Shown here: piece after piece, positions 13,663 to 16,535 of the stretch
Layout: every line of letters begins with the position of its first letter
Position numbering within the stretch: the first letter of the stretch is position 1
NCBI GenBank assembly: GCA_049974095.1
Contig: JBMFJD010000014.1
Coordinates: forward strand, 1 to 16,535
Direction of reading: 5' to 3'
Origin: Nanopusillaceae archaeon
GTDB taxonomy: Archaea; Nanobdellota; Nanobdellia; Nanobdellales; Nanobdellaceae
DNA: 16,535 nucleotides
Made by a program: the position numbers and the translations under genes
The notes under the pieces: generated by a model
What the model was told of the DNA's origin: nothing
What the model saw: only the letters and a program-made list of their open reading frames with translations
The model's database searches: none

Positions 13663-13674
13663 GTATATAAAAAT
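13663..13674 (-). promoter_or_regulatory. TATA-like box (reverse strand ATTTTTATATAC) for the histone gene
   Basis: It is centred about 25 nt upstream of the start at 13643. Confidence 0.35.
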
Positions 13675-13737
13675 CTTTTGGTTTTAAGGAAAGATAAAGT
13701 AGATTTAACATGATCTTAATATAATCCCCCTACAAAG

Positions 13738-14619
13738 TTATGTCATCATGTCCAAAACTTCATTACCAATGTAAAATGTTGTTTCGAATTGAGTTACTAT
13801 TCCATTAGATTGTTCTATTAAGATTGGGTACTCATAAATATTACCATTTCTCTTTAGATATTCTATAGCAAATTTCAAATTTATTTTTCCATTATATTCC
13901 TTATATAACCATCTATAAGCAAAAGGAAGAGTTTTATATTTTTCATATATTTCATTAAATAATTTCTTAGCATTTGGATCTCTTATTGGTTTATTTGATA
14001 TAATAGAATATATTCCTGATAGCATATAATCTTTTACATATCCAGATCCATTTGTAGCAAATGGTTCTACAGCATATATTCCTTCAGATAATTTTGTTTT
14101 TGAATTATTATTATAATTTGGTATATTAATTCCAGCATGTAATACATATTCTTCTATTTTATGTCCAGATAAATTATATATTGGTTTATAACCAAAAGAT
14201 TCTATTGTATTCTCAATTATTTCTCCAATTTTAGATATCTCTATATCTTTTCTTATTACTTTTCTTACATTATCTAATGCCTGTTTAGATGCTTCAATTA
14301 AATCCTTATATTTATTATCATTTATTTCAATAGTAAATGCTGTATCAATTATATATCCATTTACATGTACACCATAATCAAATTTTACAACATCTCCTTC
14401 TTTTAATACATTATTATCATTTACTGTTGGTGTATAATGTGCTGCGATATTATTTATTGATATATTAACTGGAAATGCCGGAAACCCTCCTAAATCTATT
14501 ATCTTTTGTTCAATATATTCAACAATATATAATATACTTTCTCCGGGTTTCAATAACTTTTCTGCTTCACTTCTTATTTTTTTAGCAATTTCTCCAGCTT
14601 TTTTTAAATCTTCAAGCAT
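13738..14619 (-). CDS. map: Methionine aminopeptidase, type 2 (archaeal)
   Basis: NNIAAHYTP, the metal-binding block VKFDYGVHVNGYIIDTAFT, LSGHKIE and YAVEPFAT are present, with a C-terminal inserted helical domain. The protein is 293 aa. Confidence 0.9.
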   Translation of the reverse strand: MLEDLKKAGEIAKKIRSEAEKLLKPGESILYIVEYIEQKIIDLGGFPAFPVNISINNIAAHYTPTVNDNNVLKEGDVVKFDYGVHVNGYIIDTAFTIEINDNKYKDLIEASKQALDNVRKVIRKDIEISKIGEIIENTIESFGYKPIYNLSGHKIEEYVLHAGINIPNYNNNSKTKLSEGIYAVEPFATNGSGYVKDYMLSGIYSIISNKPIRDPNAKKLFNEIYEKYKTLPFAYRWLYKEYNGKINLKFAIEYLKRNGNIYEYPILIEQSNGIVTQFETTFYIGNEVLDMMT

Positions 14620-14935
14620 TTCTTATTTTCTTCAAAGAAGTTTCACTTTCTAGCCAATCTAAATATTCTTTATTTCCATCATCAACTTTTATTTCAATTA
14701 TTTCTGGTATCTTATATGGATGAATTGATTTTAAAAAATCTTTTAGCATATCAAAAATCTCTTTTCTTGTTTTTATTATTAATAATTCTTCTTTTTCATC
14801 TTTTATATTGTTATTTTCCCAATATAATGATCTAACTTCCTTTATACTAATGCATGCTGCATATCTTTTTTCCAATATTTTCTTTGCGATTTCCTCTCCT
14901 TTTCCAAAAGGGACAGTTGTCAATACAATAATCAT
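14612..14935 (-). CDS. cutA: CutA1 divalent-cation tolerance protein
   Basis: AACISIKEVRSLYWENNNIKDEKEELLIIKT and HPYKIPEIIEIKVDDGNKEYLDWL match the CutA1 pattern. The protein is 107 aa. Confidence 0.85.
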   Translation of the reverse strand: MIIVLTTVPFGKGEEIAKKILEKRYAACISIKEVRSLYWENNNIKDEKEELLIIKTRKEIFDMLKDFLKSIHPYKIPEIIEIKVDDGNKEYLDWLESETSLKKIRNA

Positions 14936-15693
14936 ACTAATATATCTTCTATATATTTATATAATTGATTCCAATCTAAGTATACTTTCTTTAAAGTTAA
15001 ATATTTAGGATCAGAAGGAGATGGTTTTGGCTCTAGTTTATATATAAATACTTTATCAATTAATTCTAAAGGAAATAAATTAGAACCTATAGAAATTAAA
15101 AATGTAATTATCCTTCTTATCATTTCATATAGAAATCTGTTTCCTTCAATTATATTTAAATAAAATTCTTCTTCTTCTTTTACTTCAAATTTATATATAT
15201 TACATATTGGATTCTCTACTTTTCCTTTTACAAAATTATGAAAACTTTTTTTACCAATAAAATATTTAGATCCTTCAATATATCTATTTATATCAAATTC
15301 TTTTTCCTCAGAATTTATTATTATTTTTTCAGAATTCAATAAATATTTTGGTTTATATTTTTTATCAAATAATTTCTTTGGTAATCTATATTCATACAAT
15401 TTTCCATTAGAAAATTTCCTAATATTTATAAATTCTTTTAATTTATATACATTCAATATTTTTATATCATTATTTTGAAAATTTGAAAAATCAATATTTT
15501 TTTCTGTTGAAATTACAATATAATTTTCCTCCGCATTTACTCCTTTATCAGTTCTTGATACTATTGATAATTTAAAATTCTTTATATCAAAATAATCTAT
15601 TATTTCTCCAGATATTGTTTTTAATCCTTTTTGATATGCTATTCCATGATATTTTTCCCCATTATATTTAATTCTTAACAGATAATTATACAT
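14932..15693 (-). CDS. truA: tRNA pseudouridine synthase A (TruA family)
   Basis: LRIKYNGEKYHGIAYQ is followed by the catalytic-Asp motif SRTDKGVNA. The later F.G...FHNF element (FIGKKSFHNF) and YEMIRRI are also present. The protein is 253 aa. Confidence 0.75.
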   Translation of the reverse strand: MYNYLLRIKYNGEKYHGIAYQKGLKTISGEIIDYFDIKNFKLSIVSRTDKGVNAEENYIVISTEKNIDFSNFQNNDIKILNVYKLKEFINIRKFSNGKLYEYRLPKKLFDKKYKPKYLLNSEKIIINSEEKEFDINRYIEGSKYFIGKKSFHNFVKGKVENPICNIYKFEVKEEEEFYLNIIEGNRFLYEMIRRIITFLISIGSNLFPLELIDKVFIYKLEPKPSPSDPKYLTLKKVYLDWNQLYKYIEDILV

Positions 15694-16417
15694 TTTTTAT
15701 TATTTCTAAAAATTCTTTTGCATTTTTATACATCATTGAATTATTGAACATAACATATGTTTCCTTCTTATTATATTTTAATACTTTTTCTTTTATTCCT
15801 TCCAATTCTTCTTTTGAATAATCATAATTGTATATTAATTTATTTCCTTCATGTAATCCATGTAATCTATAATATCTTATATCTGAATCATAAACAGGCT
15901 CCTCAATATTTATATCTACAATATCAATTAAATCAAATTCTTTACATATCCTTTCCCTATTTTCTTTACTCCATCCTCTTAATTCAATTGCAATCTTATA
16001 TTTTTTACTTATTGAATTAAAGAAATTATATGCATTTTTTATATTTTCTCCTGTATCTTTAAATGAATTTGGTAACTGTATTACAATAATTTTTGCTTTT
16101 AATATATTTGCTATTTCTTCCTGCTTTTCCCAAAATTCAAATACCTCTTTTGTATTTCTTAAATATCCGACTTTTCCCTTTAATTCTTTATAATTTTTTA
16201 TATTAGATTTCTTCCATGTAAAAGAATTTACATCATGTGTTATTCCTTGAAATACTTTAAATGCAAATTCAAAATTTTCTGGTGCTTCATTCCTTATTTT
16301 TTTAACCCATTCAATATCTGGAATAGAATAAAATGTATTATTTAATTCTATTACATTAAATTCTTTATAATATTTTTTCCTTGAAATTGGAAAACCACAT
16401 GTACCAACTTTTATCAT
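15686..16417 (-). CDS. DUF72-family protein
   Basis: The N-terminus IKVGTCGFPISRKKYYKEFNVIELNNTFYSIP matches the DUF72 signature (GtsGW...Y...f..vE.N.tFY). YYRLHG and FNN lie near the C-terminus. The protein is 243 aa. Confidence 0.8.
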   Translation of the reverse strand: MIKVGTCGFPISRKKYYKEFNVIELNNTFYSIPDIEWVKKIRNEAPENFEFAFKVFQGITHDVNSFTWKKSNIKNYKELKGKVGYLRNTKEVFEFWEKQEEIANILKAKIIVIQLPNSFKDTGENIKNAYNFFNSISKKYKIAIELRGWSKENRERICKEFDLIDIVDINIEEPVYDSDIRYYRLHGLHEGNKLIYNYDYSKEELEGIKEKVLKYNKKETYVMFNNSMMYKNAKEFLEIIKNV

Positions 16418-16470
16418 TATAATTAATTATAATAATAAAAAATAAAACTATAGTTAATAGATAAAAAAGT

Positions 16471-16535
16471 TTATGAATAAAATAGTTCATAATTTCCAAA
16501 GCCAGAAGGAACAAATGTTTCATTTGTAGAAATAA
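16471..16535 (-). CDS. Possible 3' end of a reverse-strand gene truncated by the right window edge
   Basis: The reverse frame reads ...ISTNETFVPSGFGNYELFYS then a stop (TAA at 16471..16473). Only 20 codons are visible. No plus-strand gene start is compatible with this region, and the very high coding density makes a gene end here plausible. Confidence 0.25.
   Translation of the reverse strand, partial: ISTNETFVPSGFGNYELFYS

Noticed and set aside
483-16020. Other short antisense track ORFs (483..689, 1476..1682, 2665..2871, 12865..13047, 14808..15008, 15757..16020)
   Set aside because: Each is 60-87 aa, fully nested antisense within a longer ORF that has family-level motifs, and has a hydrophobic low-complexity composition. 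I treated them as shadow ORFs.
16473-16529. 18-codon plus-strand mini-ORF MNKIVHNFQSQKEQMFHL
   Set aside because: It is too short, has no supporting motif, and overlaps the more plausible reverse-strand gene end.
1-16535. Search for tRNA, rRNA, C/D-box sRNA, CRISPR repeats, IS elements, integrases and terminal inverted repeats
   Set aside because: I found no G+C-rich structured islands outside coding genes, no TGATGA/CTGA box pairs in the larger intergenic regions, no regularly spaced repeats, and no transposase- or integrase-like ORFs. The G+C-rich first 20 nt (CGGCCGGGCC...) are too short to interpret and read plausibly as coding (GPSGGPA).

Overview
This is an extremely AT-rich, very gene-dense archaeal chromosomal segment. 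Summing the gaps between accepted ORFs leaves only about 700 of 16535 nt intergenic. Spot counts of single 60-nt lines give 10/60 G+C at 4741..4800, 24/60 in the surface-protein gene (781..840) and 28/60 in the histone gene (13561..13620).

Archaeal origin is supported by several features:
- a histone-fold protein with the HAGRKT motif
- a type-2 methionine aminopeptidase
- an archaeal-type 1-Cys peroxiredoxin
- an Lrp/AsnC regulator
- TATA-like boxes centred about 25-29 nt upstream of start codons, with no Shine-Dalgarno sequences seen (leaderless-type geometry)

The Lys/Glu/Ile/Tyr-rich proteins and overlapping genes suggest a streamlined, probably thermophilic genome. A DPANN/Nanoarchaeota-like lineage is only a guess.

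Gene content from left to right:
- a secreted S-layer-like protein whose reading frame appears broken near its 3' end
- two tandem paralogous membrane proteins
- a stand-alone Lhr-helicase C-terminal module
- a glycan cluster: a GT-C glycosyltransferase, a processive GT2 synthase and a membrane-anchored thioredoxin-fold protein
- an MBL-fold hydrolase
- another membrane protein
- a stress island: prx-bcp-ogt, lrp/asnC, a 2-Cys prx, and sod followed by two tightly coupled unknown genes
- a histone gene
- a four-gene overlapping operon (DUF72-truA-cutA-map)

I recognised no rRNA, tRNA, CRISPR array, transposase or integrase.

Most interesting observations:
- the sod-orf135-orf233 unit, which is an uncharacterised two-protein module
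- CG-containing palindromes placed at the same distance (about -44/-46) upstream of sod and prx, next to the Lrp gene
- the split Lhr module
- the GT2 synthase coupled to a CSTEC thioredoxin-fold protein
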